DNA of 64,000 nt from Alphaproteobacteria bacterium (lineage in GTDB: Bacteria > Pseudomonadota > Alphaproteobacteria > Rickettsiales > JABCZZ01): NCBI GenBank assembly GCA_035906055.1, contig JAMIFV010000005.1, positions 26,996-90,995 on the forward strand, given 5' to 3'. Positions within the stretch are counted from its first letter, which is position 1; every line of letters starts with the position of its first letter. The position numbers and the translations under genes are program-made. Under the pieces are notes generated by a model. The model was not told the DNA's origin. It made no database searches and was given only the letters and a program-made list of their open reading frames with translations. Shown in pieces: positions 19,457-33,382 of this stretch.

Positions 19457-20434
19457 TTAATCCTTCGCAGCGGTAGCAGCCACGGGAATGGATTTGGACA
19501 TTTCCAGCATCCTCTGCAACGGTTTACGCGCAGCGTCCATTAATGACGCAGGCAATACCAGTTCCGGGCTGCCGCTCTTCATGCAGGCGAGCAGTTTTTC
19601 CATCGTGTTGAGTTTCATGTACTGGCAGTTATTGCACGACACACATGCGCCGCCGATGATGCCCGGCGCTTCGATGAATGTGCTGCCCGGAGATTTCGCG
19701 CGCATCTGGTGGATGATGCCCGGTTCCGTGAGCACGATGAATTCCTTGCCTGGATTATCCACCGTGTATTTGAGCAGCGACGAGGTGGAACCGATATGGT
19801 GTGCGTATTTCAGGATATCGCCGGGGCATTCAGGGTGTGCGATGATGATGGCGTCCGGGTGGCGCGTGCGCAGTTTCACCAGTTCCTGCTCGCTGAAGCG
19901 CTCATGCACCATGCAGGAGCCGTTCCACAGCACCATGTCGCGCCCGGTCTTTTTGGAAAGGTAGGAGCCGAGATATTTATCCGGCGCGAAAATAATCTTT
20001 TGTGATTCAGGTATCTGGCGGATGATGGATTCCGCATTGGTGGAGGTGACGATGACATCGGAAAGCGCCTTCACCTCTGCCGAGCAGTTGATGTAGGTGA
20101 CGACCATGTGATCGGGGTGCTGCGCCTTGAATGCGGCAAACTCTTTTGGCGGGCAGGAGTCTTCCAGCGAGCAGCCCGCTTTCAGGTCAGGCAGGATGAC
20201 TTTTTTGCCGGGGTTGAGTACCTTTGCGCCCTCGGCCATGAACTTCACGCCGCAGAACACGATCACGTCTGCAGTGGTGGCGGCTGCCTTGCGCGCGAGG
20301 TCGAGCGAGTCGCCTACGAAGTCGGCGATGTCCTGAATGTCGTCTTCCTGATAATAATGCGCGAGGATGACCGCGTTCATTTCCTTGCGCAGTTTCTTGA
20401 TCTCGGTTTCGGTGACTTGAGCGGGGTTGAGCAT
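19457..20434 (-). CDS. nadA: quinolinate synthase
   Basis: 325 aa with ILAHYYQ, GDSL.L, VFCGV.FMAE, the Cys ligand context [10 protein letters not shown], and HPECP. Confidence 0.9.
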   Translation of the reverse strand: MLNPAQVTETEIKKLRKEMNAVILAHYYQEDDIQDIADFVGDSLDLARKAAATTADVIVFCGVKFMAEGAKVLNPGKKVILPDLKAGCSLEDSCPPKEFAAFKAQHPDHMVVTYINCSAEVKALSDVIVTSTNAESIIRQIPESQKIIFAPDKYLGSYLSKKTGRDMVLWNGSCMVHERFSEQELVKLRTRHPDAIIIAHPECPGDILKYAHHIGSTSSLLKYTVDNPGKEFIVLTEPGIIHQMRAKSPGSTFIEAPGIIGGACVSCNNCQYMKLNTMEKLLACMKSGSPELVLPASLMDAARKPLQRMLEMSKSIPVAATAAKD

Positions 20435-20437
20435 TGT

Positions 20438-21097
20438 TTACTGTTCCTGCGGTGTCTGGGATCCTAGGTAATCCATAATACTGCCGGCGGTGAGCTTGAA
20501 CGGGGTGGAAATGTCATACCCTGCGCTCTTTAAGCCCCGCGCCGTCCACTTATTACAGGTGTTTACCACCGAATAGCTACCATTTCCTTCATAAAACTGG
20601 CTGTCGCCGTAAAGCCCGGCCTGAAGGGGGATGACCCCGCCTTCGCTGTTACGTGCAAAACTTACATTAAGAAAGCGTATTAAATCATTGAATTCATTAT
20701 TGGATAAATGCAACTCCACCACCTTGCTGCCGGAAAAATACTCATAAGGGGAATCCGGTACGGAAACCACATGCACCACCGACCTGCTCGACCAGAACAT
20801 AGCGCGTAGCGTCAGCCCCGTGGTTATCTCATGCGACTGGTAGAAGCCCTTATCACCCCAGCCGATCTCGTAGTAGAGCGTGCGGGCGGTGAAGCGCTCT
20901 TTCAGGAAAGGCAGCGCTTCGTTAAGCCTCTGTGCGCCAATGATGAATCCGGTATGCCAGCCATGGCTGTTCACATAGACAACGTTCTGGCGTACGGGTG
21001 CGGTTTCCTGCACATGATTGATAGCGTGCGGCGCAAGGTCGCATGCGGTGGTGCCGCATAACACAAGCAAAACGACAAACGCCCGTAGGTTTTTCAT
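20438..21097 (-). CDS. TIGR02117/DUF2459 family lipoprotein
   Basis: ORF trimmed to MKNLRAFVVLLVLCGTTAC. VYVNSHGWHTGFII and YYEIGWGDKGFYQ match my recollection of this family. Confidence 0.6.
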   Translation of the reverse strand: MKNLRAFVVLLVLCGTTACDLAPHAINHVQETAPVRQNVVYVNSHGWHTGFIIGAQRLNEALPFLKERFTARTLYYEIGWGDKGFYQSHEITTGLTLRAMFWSSRSVVHVVSVPDSPYEYFSGSKVVELHLSNNEFNDLIRFLNVSFARNSEGGVIPLQAGLYGDSQFYEGNGSYSVVNTCNKWTARGLKSAGYDISTPFKLTAGSIMDYLGSQTPQEQ

Positions 21098-21104
21098 GAG
21101 CCGC

Positions 21105-21521
21105 CTAGATGAGTGCCTTGGCGATGCCTGCGAGCGAACCCAGCAGAAGGATAACCGAAGCAAGCTGTCCTATAATAAAACCCGCCGCACGCTTATGCAC
21201 GGATCTGTAATAACCGATCATGTAGAGCGTGCGTCCGGCAAGCCACACAGCGCCAAGCGCAGCGGCTGCGCGCGGAGCCTGCCATATTACGGTAAAAAGC
21301 ATCAGTGACGGTATAAACAGCACGATCTGTTCCAGCGTGTTCTGCTGCACGCGGAAATAACGCTCAAAATCCGGATGACCAGAGGTGGCAGGCGGTGCCA
21401 CTTTATACCGCGCACGCGCACGGCCTGCATTGACGATGGTGACGAGGTAAAGCGCCAATGCCAGCGCAATAACCAGCGCTACATACAGGAATGAAGCATA
21501 GACGATGTTGTTGGTGTGCAT
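21105..21521 (-). CDS. MAPEG family membrane protein
   Basis: ORF trimmed to the ATG (MHTNNIVYA...). ARARYKV..P...GHPDFERYFRVQQNTLEQ plus four TM helices. Confidence 0.65.
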   Translation of the reverse strand: MHTNNIVYASFLYVALVIALALALYLVTIVNAGRARARYKVAPPATSGHPDFERYFRVQQNTLEQIVLFIPSLMLFTVIWQAPRAAAALGAVWLAGRTLYMIGYYRSVHKRAAGFIIGQLASVILLLGSLAGIAKALI

Positions 21522-21522
21522 G

Positions 21523-22038
21523 TTATCCAACCTTGGTCTTAGCAAAAATCAATTTCAGAGAATTGATATAATCATTATCAAATTCCATAACCCTGATTTT
21601 GTTGGGTGTGAATTGTTTTTTACCTTCCCATTTTCCTTCGGGATTTAGGTATTTTAGTATCAGCTCTTTATCATCGATTGACTCCAAACGCCCTAAATAA
21701 CAAGCTGCTTCTGATTTTGTGTATAAAGTAAAAACCCCAAAATTTTTAGATAGATATTTTAAAATCACATCTATTGAGCTAATTGGGATTTTATCTTTAT
21801 CTGTAACTGTAATTTTCTTTAGTTTAATAATCTTTTCTTTGAATTTTTCTTTTACACCTCTAGCTGCAAAAGCAATATTTTTGTGTCGGATTATTACATA
21901 GCCATCGATTACATAATCCACTGGATTATATTTAAGCAAAGTCCACTCATCATTGTAGTCAATCAGCAATCCAGAGATTGACTGTTTTCTATCGCTAAAA
22001 CTAATTGAAACGAATTCACCAATCTTTGGGTGGCTCAT
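21523..22038 (-). CDS. hypothetical protein (A+T-rich orphan)
   Basis: ORF trimmed to MSHPKIGEF. Lys/Ile/Asn-rich, with strikingly lower GC than both neighbours. No motif recognised. Confidence 0.45.
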   Translation of the reverse strand: MSHPKIGEFVSISFSDRKQSISGLLIDYNDEWTLLKYNPVDYVIDGYVIIRHKNIAFAARGVKEKFKEKIIKLKKITVTDKDKIPISSIDVILKYLSKNFGVFTLYTKSEAACYLGRLESIDDKELILKYLNPEGKWEGKKQFTPNKIRVMEFDNDYINSLKLIFAKTKVG

Positions 22039-22039
22039 T

Positions 22040-23995
<1,956 letters not shown>

Positions 23996-24104
23996 CTACG
24001 GTCTCCTGACCTTCGCAATGAGCCTGATGCCTTCGGCAACTAAAGAGATGAGCCTTCTGGCTCACCGTTGCAGACCGCGCCGAAGATGCGTAGAATAGCC
24101 CGCC

Positions 24105-25199
24105 ATGCCCCGCAACACAAATGATTTCAAGGCAAAGCTTCCATCCGTCCACCGCTCCATAGCGAAGTGGTATAAAGCGCATGGACGGCACCATCTGCCG
24201 TGGCGGCAAAAGGGCAATCCGTATCACGTGTATATCAGCGAGGTGATGCTGCAGCAAACGCAGGTGAAAACAGTGCTGGAGCGTTATTATTATCCGTTTC
24301 TCAAAAGCTTTCCCACACTCGCTGCGCTTGCTGCTGCACCGCAGCAGGATGTGATGAAGGCATGGGAAGGGCTTGGTTATTACACACGCGCGCGCAACCT
24401 GCATAATGCCGCAAAACAAGTTGTTCACGATGCTGCGTGCGTGGAGGAGCTCTACCCGCGACGACCCCGCAGGGGTGAATCGGCGGAGCCGAGAGGGGGC
24501 AGCGTGCCCCCCGTAAGCGTAGCGTTACCAGCTACGGTAGAGGGGTTGCTGGCGCTGCCGGGCATCGGGCGCAACACCGCGCATGCGGTGGCAAGCTTCG
24601 GTTACGGCGTGCCCGTGCCGGTGATGGAGGCCAACGTTAAGCGCGTGCTGGCCCGCGTGTTCGCCATGGAGGCGCTTGACGACAAACTGCTATGGCAGTA
24701 TGCGGAAAGCCTGCTCAATACCCAAAATCCGTTCGACCATAATCAGGCGATGATGGATATCGGTTCTCTGGTCTGCACCAGGCGAGCGCCGCGCTGCGGT
24801 GAGTGTCCGCTTTCCGGGATATGTGCAGGCAAGGGTGACCCGGAAGCGTATCCTGAACCCAAGAAAGCCAGGCAGATGCCCACACGAGAGCGAGTGATCG
24901 TGGTGTATAGGGACAAAACGGGCAAAGTATGGCTCAAACAGCGCGAAACGCGGTTTCTGGGCGGGTTATGGGGTTTTGCAGAATATGAAGAAGCGCCTAA
25001 GCTTGTCGGAGCGGAGAGGCTGGGGCAGGTGCGGCAGGTCTACAGCCATTTTACGCTGGAGGCCAAAGTGTTGCTGGCAAGGGTTGAAACTGCGCCAGAG
25101 ACGGGCGGGGAGTGGGTGAATCAAGAAGCTTTGGGCGAATTTCCCCTTTCGCGTGCGGACGCCAAAGTGCGGGCTCTTCTTCAGGCTTTCAGCCAGTAA
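24105..25199 (+). CDS. mutY: A/G-specific adenine DNA glycosylase (with in-frame repeat insertion)
   Basis: LPWR....PY.V.ISEVMLQQTQV, GLGYYTRARNLH, HhH LPGIGRNTAHAV, the 4Fe-4S cluster CxxxxxxxCxxCxxxxxC (CTRRAPRCGECPLSGIC) and a C-terminal NUDIX-like domain. Confidence 0.9.
   Translation: MPRNTNDFKAKLPSVHRSIAKWYKAHGRHHLPWRQKGNPYHVYISEVMLQQTQVKTVLERYYYPFLKSFPTLAALAAAPQQDVMKAWEGLGYYTRARNLHNAAKQVVHDAACVEELYPRRPRRGESAEPRGGSVPPVSVALPATVEGLLALPGIGRNTAHAVASFGYGVPVPVMEANVKRVLARVFAMEALDDKLLWQYAESLLNTQNPFDHNQAMMDIGSLVCTRRAPRCGECPLSGICAGKGDPEAYPEPKKARQMPTRERVIVVYRDKTGKVWLKQRETRFLGGLWGFAEYEEAPKLVGAERLGQVRQVYSHFTLEAKVLLARVETAPETGGEWVNQEALGEFPLSRADAKVRALLQAFSQ
24438..24513. repeat. family-1 repeat arm embedded in the mutY coding sequence
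   Basis: gcgtggaggagctctacccgcgacgaccccgcaggggtgaatcggcggagccgagagggggcagcgtgccccccg is nearly identical to the reverse complement of 5913-5995. It is translated in frame as ~CVEELYPRRPRRGESAEPRGGSVPP. Confidence 0.85.
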
Positions 25200-25272
25200 A
25201 ACAGGTTCCAAGAGATTTTTGTTGACTTAAAGCCCCTCTACTGGAAAAAGTACCCCCCTAAATTCCACGCAT

Positions 25273-25347
25273 GACCCCTTCGTCTAGCGGTTAGGACATC
25301 GCCCTTTCACGGCGGTAACACGGGTTCGAGTCCCGTAGGGGTCACCA
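25273..25347 (+). tRNA. tRNA-Glu (anticodon UUC)
   Basis: Manual cloverleaf: acceptor GACCCCT/AGGGGTC, anticodon stem TCGCC/GGCGG with loop CTTTCAC, T arm ACGGG-TTCGAGT-CCCGT, discriminator A and encoded CCA. Confidence 0.9.
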
Positions 25348-25430
25348 CCGCCTATCTAAGTATTTCAGATAGATAGGTTTCCCTGATAAATTCAAGCGTT
25401 TTTGGTGCCTGCTACGAAAGGGTGCTACTA

Positions 25431-25556
25431 ATGCCATGTCCGAATTACCTCGTCAGGAGGGGTGAGAGCTATTACCTGCGGCTGCCTGTTCCGAAGAGTC
25501 GGCAGTCTGCTGCCCCCGATCCCGGCCCGGTTGCCGTAGGTGAAGCGACCGGCTAA
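25431..25556 (+). pseudogene. N-terminal remnant of a tyrosine integrase
   Basis: The 41-codon ORF MPCPNYLVRRGESYYLRLPVPKSRQ... resembles the conserved N-terminus (YL.RRGg.YYfRrrVP) of a class of tRNA-associated integrases. It lies 84 nt after tRNA-Glu and lacks the rest of the gene. Confidence 0.5.
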
Positions 25557-25595
25557 AATAGAATGCGTTAGTCGCTGTTTCGCAGAAAGTACAGG

Positions 25596-26438
25596 ATGTC
25601 AGTTGTTTTCCGTTTCGCCCCAAGCCCCAATGGCAGGCTGCATCTGGGGCATGCCTATTCGGCGCTGCTGAACTATCGGCTGGCGGGGCAGCAGGGCGGG
25701 CGTTTCCTGCTGCGCATTGAGGATATTGATACCACGCGCTGCACGCCTGAGTTCACGCAGCATGTGTTGGGCGACCTGCGCTGGCTGGGGCTGAACTGGG
25801 AAGAGCCGGTGCGTGTGCAGTCAGAACATTTCGCGGATTACCGGCAGGCGCTTGCCCCGCTGAAAACAAAAGGGCTGGTCTATCCCTGCTTCTGTTCACG
25901 CACGCAGATTTCGGCAGTAAGCACTGGCACTGACCCCGACGGCGCACCGCTTTACCCCGGCACATGCCGCGCAATTAGCCGGGCAGATGCCCAAGCGCGC
26001 ATCGGCAAGGGGGAGCGGCATAGCTGGCGGCTGGATATGCGGGGCGCGCTTGCCGCCGCGCCGGGGCCTTATGAAGGCACCCGATTTGCACTGCCGTCTT
26101 TCATGCAGGAGACATTCACAGCGCAGCCGCAGCGTTGGGGGGACGTGATACTCGCGCGCAAGGAAACGCCGACCAGCTATCATCTCTCCGTGGTGGTGGA
26201 CGACGCGTTGCAGGGCGTCACCCATATCGTGCGCGGTGCCGACCTTGAAGCCGCCACTGACCTGCACCTGTTGTTGCAGAAGCTGCTCGGGCATGCTGCG
26301 CCATTATATCACCATCACGCGCTGATCAAAAGCGGGGAGGGCGAAAAGCTTTCCAAAAGCAGGCATAGCGAAACGCTGGCCGACCTGCGTGCGCAAGGCG
26401 CAACGCCGGAAGAGGTAACAGCGGCAATAAAGCTTTAG
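25596..26438 (+). CDS. gluQ: glutamyl-Q tRNA(Asp) synthetase
   Basis: 280-aa truncated GluRS paralog with FAPSPNGRLHLGHA (HIGH-like), YHLSVVVDD and KLSKS. Confidence 0.85.
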   Translation: MSVVFRFAPSPNGRLHLGHAYSALLNYRLAGQQGGRFLLRIEDIDTTRCTPEFTQHVLGDLRWLGLNWEEPVRVQSEHFADYRQALAPLKTKGLVYPCFCSRTQISAVSTGTDPDGAPLYPGTCRAISRADAQARIGKGERHSWRLDMRGALAAAPGPYEGTRFALPSFMQETFTAQPQRWGDVILARKETPTSYHLSVVVDDALQGVTHIVRGADLEAATDLHLLLQKLLGHAAPLYHHHALIKSGEGEKLSKSRHSETLADLRAQGATPEEVTAAIKL

Positions 26439-26456
26439 CCTGAGGGCGGAGCGCAT

Positions 26457-28545
<2,089 letters not shown>

Positions 28546-28571
28546 AGTCTCGTATCCTTTGGTGCCGTTTA

Positions 28572-29321
28572 TTATCCTGCGGCACTGATTATGGCACTGA
28601 ATTCTTCCGGCTTCAGGCTTGCACCTCCCACCAGGGCGCCATCCACCGCATCGGCTGATAGAATGTCTTTCGCATTCGCCGCTTTCACGGACCCGCCATA
28701 CACGATTGCTGTGCGCGTGGCTGGTGTATCATAAGCTAGCAGGGAGGCAATAGTTTTATGCACTTGCGTTATATCGGCCAGCGTGGGTGTTGCACCGGAA
28801 CCTATCGCCCAGATCGGTTCATAGGCAACGATGACGCTGTTATTATGCGCCAGCGACGGCAGGCACTCTTTAACCTGCTGTGAAATAACGATCAAATGTT
28901 TTCCGGCGGCGCGTTCCGCCTGCGATTCGCCCACGCAGATGACGGCGGTAAGCCCGGCGGCAAGCGCGGCTTGCGCCTTACGGCGGATGAGGGCGTTGGT
29001 TTCCGCGTGATACTGCCTGCGTTCAGAATGGCCGATGATGACATATTCACAGCCTGCTGCCTTAAGCATGGCGGCGCTTACCTCGCCGGTATAGGCACCG
29101 TCGGCGTCTTGTGCGCTGCAATCCTGCGCGCCCAGCCCCACGTGGCTGTTGCCCACAGTTCCCGCTACGGCGGGGATGGTTATATAGGGAGGGAATACAG
29201 CTACTTTAACCCCTGCGGGCGGGGTTATGGCGCATGTGGCGGCAGCGAGGCTTCTGGCCTTTTTCGCGTCCAGATGCATTTTCCAGTTACCTAATATATA
29301 GCGAGATGTAGGGCGAGTCAT
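28572..29321 (-). CDS. tpiA: triose-phosphate isomerase
   Basis: GNWKMH, IIGHSERR, AYEPIWAIGSG and YGGSV. Confidence 0.9.
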   Translation of the reverse strand: MTRPTSRYILGNWKMHLDAKKARSLAAATCAITPPAGVKVAVFPPYITIPAVAGTVGNSHVGLGAQDCSAQDADGAYTGEVSAAMLKAAGCEYVIIGHSERRQYHAETNALIRRKAQAALAAGLTAVICVGESQAERAAGKHLIVISQQVKECLPSLAHNNSVIVAYEPIWAIGSGATPTLADITQVHKTIASLLAYDTPATRTAIVYGGSVKAANAKDILSADAVDGALVGGASLKPEEFSAIISAAG

Positions 29322-29398
29322 CCCACACTTCTAATTATCCCTTTGAAAAAAGCAACCCACAGTGTTAAACCGCTCTACTAATCTAAGGGAAATCCATC

Positions 29399-31330
29399 AT
29401 GATCAATAATTTGCAATCTTCCGGCCACAGCATTCTCACCCGCATTATGCTGCTGTTCATCGTGGCGACCTTCGCGCTGTGGGGCATCGGCGACATATTC
29501 CGCGGCGGCGGCAGCGCCATGGTGGTGGCAACGGTGGGCACCCAGAAGATCTCCGCGCAGGAGTTCGCCGCAGCGGTCAAGAACCGCCAGGAAGAAGTGC
29601 GCCGCAGGCTGGGCAAGATGTACACCCCCGACCTGATGAAGCAATTCAATATTGAGCCGCAGGTGCTCGAAGCCATTATCAACCGCCACCTGCTCCAGCT
29701 GGAAGCGCAGGCGCAGGGGCTTATGGTGGGTGAGGACGCTATCGCCGAGCATATCGCCACCGCGTCTGAATTCCGCGATACGAACGGCAAGTTCAGCAAG
29801 GAGCGTTTTCAGGCGATTCTGCAGTCCAACCGCATGAGCGAGAAGGAATTCATTTCGGTGATGTCACAGCAGCTCAGTTCGCAGCTGCTGCTGAGCACCA
29901 TCTCGGCTGGCATCACCCCGCCGGAAGACCTGGTTTACGCACTTTACCGTGCCCGCGCCGAGAAGCGCCAGTCGTCGCTGCTCACCATTGCGCTCGGCGC
30001 GGTGGCGAGGAACGCCGTGCCCACGGAAGACGAGATCAAGGCGTATTATGAAGGCAACAGCCGTAAATACACCGTGCCCGAAAGCCGCGCTTTCAGCTAT
30101 GTGGAGCTGAAGCCTGAAGACATAAAAGGTATCACCGTTTCCGAGGAAGAGATCAAAAAAACCTATGAAGAGCGCATAGACACCTTCCACCAGCCCGAAC
30201 GCCGCGTGGTGGAACAGCTCGTATATGAAAAAAAGGAAGACGCCGAGAAGGCCAGCGCCATGCTCGTTGCGGGCAAAAGCATGAAGGAAGCGGCGGCGGC
30301 CAGCAACCCGCAGAACAAGGACAAACTGCTGCTGGGCGAACTGACCAGGGAAAGGATGCCGGTAGCGGCGGATGAGGCATTCATGCTCAAGGAAGGCCAG
30401 TACACGCGTCCGTATGAATCTCCGTTCGGCTGGCACATCATCCATGTGGTGAAGATCCTGCCCGCCGGGCTGAAGCCGCTGGCGGAAGCGCACGACGCTA
30501 TCGCCGAAGAGATCAGGCTGCGCGGCGCGCAGGACGGGCTGTTCAGGCTCTCCAACAGCTTTGAGGACACGCTGGGCGGCGGCGGCACTTTTGAGCAGGC
30601 CGCAGAGAAAATGAACCTCAGGGTGAACAATGTGGAAGCCGTGACCCGGGAAGGCGTTAAAGCCACCGGCGGAAGTGCGACCCTGCCGGACATCGGCAAC
30701 CTGCTGGACGTGGTGTTCTCCACCAGTGAGAAAGACCATTCCCGCATGATGCAGTCTGAGCACGGCACCTATTTCATGGTGCAGGTCAACAGCATCGGGA
30801 AAGAACATTCACGCCCGCTGGCGGAAGTGCAGGCCGACGTGAAGGAAGCGCTTATCAGCGAACAGCAGGAAAAGCAGGTGAAGGCGCTTGCCGACCAGAT
30901 CGCCGGAGGCCTGAAGGCTGGCAAGAAGCTGGAAGAAGCGCTTGCAGGCAAGAAGCTGAGCAGCGCCTTTGAACCTGCGGGCCTGCTGCAACGCAATTCC
31001 GAAACGGTGGAAGAAGGCAGGCTCAAGGGCAGGGTGCTGCCGCCTGAACTGGTGAAGGATATTTTTTCCGTGCGCAAAGGCGCCTATACCGCCGCCCATG
31101 CGCTGCCTGAAGGCGGCTACATGATCGGCACGGTGGAACAGGTGATCGCCGCGCCGGACATTGTGGAAGACCCGTCCAAAACCAGCTCGCCGCTGCAGAG
31201 CATCCGCAACGAGCTGAACGAAACGCTACCCAATGAATTACAGTATTACTACCTGCAATACCTGCGCAAGAAATACCCGGTCAACATCCACCAGGAGGCG
31301 CTGAAGGCGGTTACGGATACGAATGGCTGA
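29399..31330 (+). CDS. periplasmic chaperone/peptidyl-prolyl isomerase, PpiD/SurA-like
   Basis: N-terminal TM anchor (ILTRIMLLFIVATFALWGIGD), a SurA_N-like region and a parvulin-like segment (SPFGWHIIHV). 643 aa. Confidence 0.75.
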   Translation: MINNLQSSGHSILTRIMLLFIVATFALWGIGDIFRGGGSAMVVATVGTQKISAQEFAAAVKNRQEEVRRRLGKMYTPDLMKQFNIEPQVLEAIINRHLLQLEAQAQGLMVGEDAIAEHIATASEFRDTNGKFSKERFQAILQSNRMSEKEFISVMSQQLSSQLLLSTISAGITPPEDLVYALYRARAEKRQSSLLTIALGAVARNAVPTEDEIKAYYEGNSRKYTVPESRAFSYVELKPEDIKGITVSEEEIKKTYEERIDTFHQPERRVVEQLVYEKKEDAEKASAMLVAGKSMKEAAAASNPQNKDKLLLGELTRERMPVAADEAFMLKEGQYTRPYESPFGWHIIHVVKILPAGLKPLAEAHDAIAEEIRLRGAQDGLFRLSNSFEDTLGGGGTFEQAAEKMNLRVNNVEAVTREGVKATGGSATLPDIGNLLDVVFSTSEKDHSRMMQSEHGTYFMVQVNSIGKEHSRPLAEVQADVKEALISEQQEKQVKALADQIAGGLKAGKKLEEALAGKKLSSAFEPAGLLQRNSETVEEGRLKGRVLPPELVKDIFSVRKGAYTAAHALPEGGYMIGTVEQVIAAPDIVEDPSKTSSPLQSIRNELNETLPNELQYYYLQYLRKKYPVNIHQEALKAVTDTNG

Positions 31331-32831
31331 TACATTGCCGTTATTCCCCGACGCTGAAACTTTCGTTGCCGCTTACGGCAAGGGGGCGTCGCAGCTTGTG
31401 GGCATACGCATCATCGCCGATATGGAAACGCCGGTCTCCGCGCTGCTCAAGCTGCAGCAGGAGGATAAGCCCTGTTTCCTGCTGGAGTCCGTGCAAGGCG
31501 GTGAGACGAGGGGGCGCTATTCCATCATCGGGATCGAGCCTGACCTCGTCTGGCGCTGCATCAAGGGCGAAGCGGAAATAAACCGCACTGCCGATAATCC
31601 CGGCGCATTCACAAAGCTGGCCGAAGCGCCGCTGGCCTCGCTCAAGTCGCTGCTGAAGGAATGCCACATGGAAATGCCCGAAGGCTTTCCGCCCATGTCG
31701 GCAGGCCTTATCGGGTATATGGGCTATGACATGGTCAAGCTCATGGAGCGCCTGCCTTCCTCCGGGAAAGAAGCGATAGGGCTGCCCGATGCCTGCTTCA
31801 TGCGCCCGCGCATCATGATCGTGTTCGACACGGTAAAGGGCGAGATGTTCCTCGTCACGCCCGTCTGGAAGGACGATAAACATAAAAATGCGGCAGATGC
31901 CTATGCCGTTGCCTCCGCACGCCTTGAAGCGGTGGTGAAACGCCTGCGCGCGCCGTTGACTGCGCCTGCGCTGGTGAACGAAGCGAAAGACGGCGAAATG
32001 CAGTTCACCTCCAACACCACGCGGGAGGAATACCACGCGATGGTAGCCAGGGCGAAAGAGTATATCGGCGCGGGCGACATCTTCCAGGTGGTGCCGTCGC
32101 AGCGTTTCAGCGCACCGTTTACGCTTCCGCCATTCTCGCTGTACCGTTCGCTGCGCCATTTGAACCCTTCGCCGTTTTTATTCTTCCTGAACATGCAGGG
32201 CTTTTCGCTGGTGGGTTCCAGCCCTGAAATCCTCGTGCGCCTGCGTGACGGCAAAGTGACCATCCGCCCGATCGCCGGAACCCGCAAGCGCGGTGCCACG
32301 GAAGCGGAAGACAAAGCGCTGGAAGCGGACCTTCTCGCCGATCCCAAGGAGATCGCCGAACATCTGATGCTGCTCGACCTTGGCCGCAACGACGTAGGCC
32401 GTATCGCGAAAATCGGCACGGTGAAAGTGACCGACCGCATGTTCATCGAGCGTTATTCGCATGTGATGCATATCGTTTCTAATGTTGAAGGTGAAATAGA
32501 CCCGCGCTTTGACGCTATCGACGCGCTCTCGGCGGGTTTCCCCGCAGGCACGGTGAGCGGCGCGCCCAAAATCCGCGCGATGGAGATCATTGACGAACTG
32601 GAAAAAGAGCCGCGCAGTTTCTATGCCGGATGTGTGGGGTATTTCTCCGCCAACGGTTCCATGGATACCTGCATCACGCTGCGCACGGGACTTATAAAAG
32701 ACGGCGTGCTCTACGCGCAGGCGGGCGGCGGGGTGGTGGCGGATTCCGACCCTGAAGGCGAATATCAGGAATCCTGCAACAAGGCGCGCGCAGTAATGCG
32801 TGCGGCAGAAGAAGCGAAGAGGTTTGTATGA
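31323..32831 (+). CDS. trpE: anthranilate synthase component I
   Basis: LLES..GG...GRYS, NPSPFLFF, IAGTRKRG, GTVSGAPKIRAMEII and YAQAGGGVVADSDP. Confidence 0.95.
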   Translation: MADTLPLFPDAETFVAAYGKGASQLVGIRIIADMETPVSALLKLQQEDKPCFLLESVQGGETRGRYSIIGIEPDLVWRCIKGEAEINRTADNPGAFTKLAEAPLASLKSLLKECHMEMPEGFPPMSAGLIGYMGYDMVKLMERLPSSGKEAIGLPDACFMRPRIMIVFDTVKGEMFLVTPVWKDDKHKNAADAYAVASARLEAVVKRLRAPLTAPALVNEAKDGEMQFTSNTTREEYHAMVARAKEYIGAGDIFQVVPSQRFSAPFTLPPFSLYRSLRHLNPSPFLFFLNMQGFSLVGSSPEILVRLRDGKVTIRPIAGTRKRGATEAEDKALEADLLADPKEIAEHLMLLDLGRNDVGRIAKIGTVKVTDRMFIERYSHVMHIVSNVEGEIDPRFDAIDALSAGFPAGTVSGAPKIRAMEIIDELEKEPRSFYAGCVGYFSANGSMDTCITLRTGLIKDGVLYAQAGGGVVADSDPEGEYQESCNKARAVMRAAEEAKRFV

Positions 32832-33307
32832 GTGTGAAGGTCGGGATTGCTACGGGTAAGCAGTTAACAACTGCCCTGTATGTAGCGTCTGAAACGGCAA
32901 AACGTATATCGCCTGGCCGTTTGGCGGTTTTGCATGACAATAACAAACTGATCGCGGTCACGGTGGACGCTGGCTCGCAGGAAGAAGGAAAACTAAAATG
33001 GCTGCATGGCAGTGTGCTGAAAGACCCTGACGGTAAGATTGAATTCAATGAAGATGGATCGCCGAAAATGGTGCGCAATCTGCTGCTGGCCGAACTCTCA
33101 AAGGATAATGGGGAGAAAACGAGTGTCACCCGCTACTATGAACCGCATATGGATATGCTGCATAGCCTTGGCATGGTGTTTGACCTATCATGCGAGAAAT
33201 CACACGATCTGGCGCAAGCTGTAATGAAAAAAGGCAAGGCTGGCGATATCTCCGACATCGGTGGCGCCACCGGAAAAGACGGAAAAGCAAGAGGTGGGCA
33301 CTGGTAA
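32828..33307 (+). CDS. hypothetical protein (inserted in the trp operon)
   Basis: 159-aa ORF whose ATG overlaps the trpE stop (ATGA). No motif recognised. Confidence 0.5.
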   Translation: MSVKVGIATGKQLTTALYVASETAKRISPGRLAVLHDNNKLIAVTVDAGSQEEGKLKWLHGSVLKDPDGKIEFNEDGSPKMVRNLLLAELSKDNGEKTSVTRYYEPHMDMLHSLGMVFDLSCEKSHDLAQAVMKKGKAGDISDIGGATGKDGKARGGHW

Positions 33308-33382
33308 AGAGAAAGAAATTTGTATGAGTGATTTTAACTATAATCTTTTAAACGTGACATCAACAGAGTGGAAGACCCGCTG

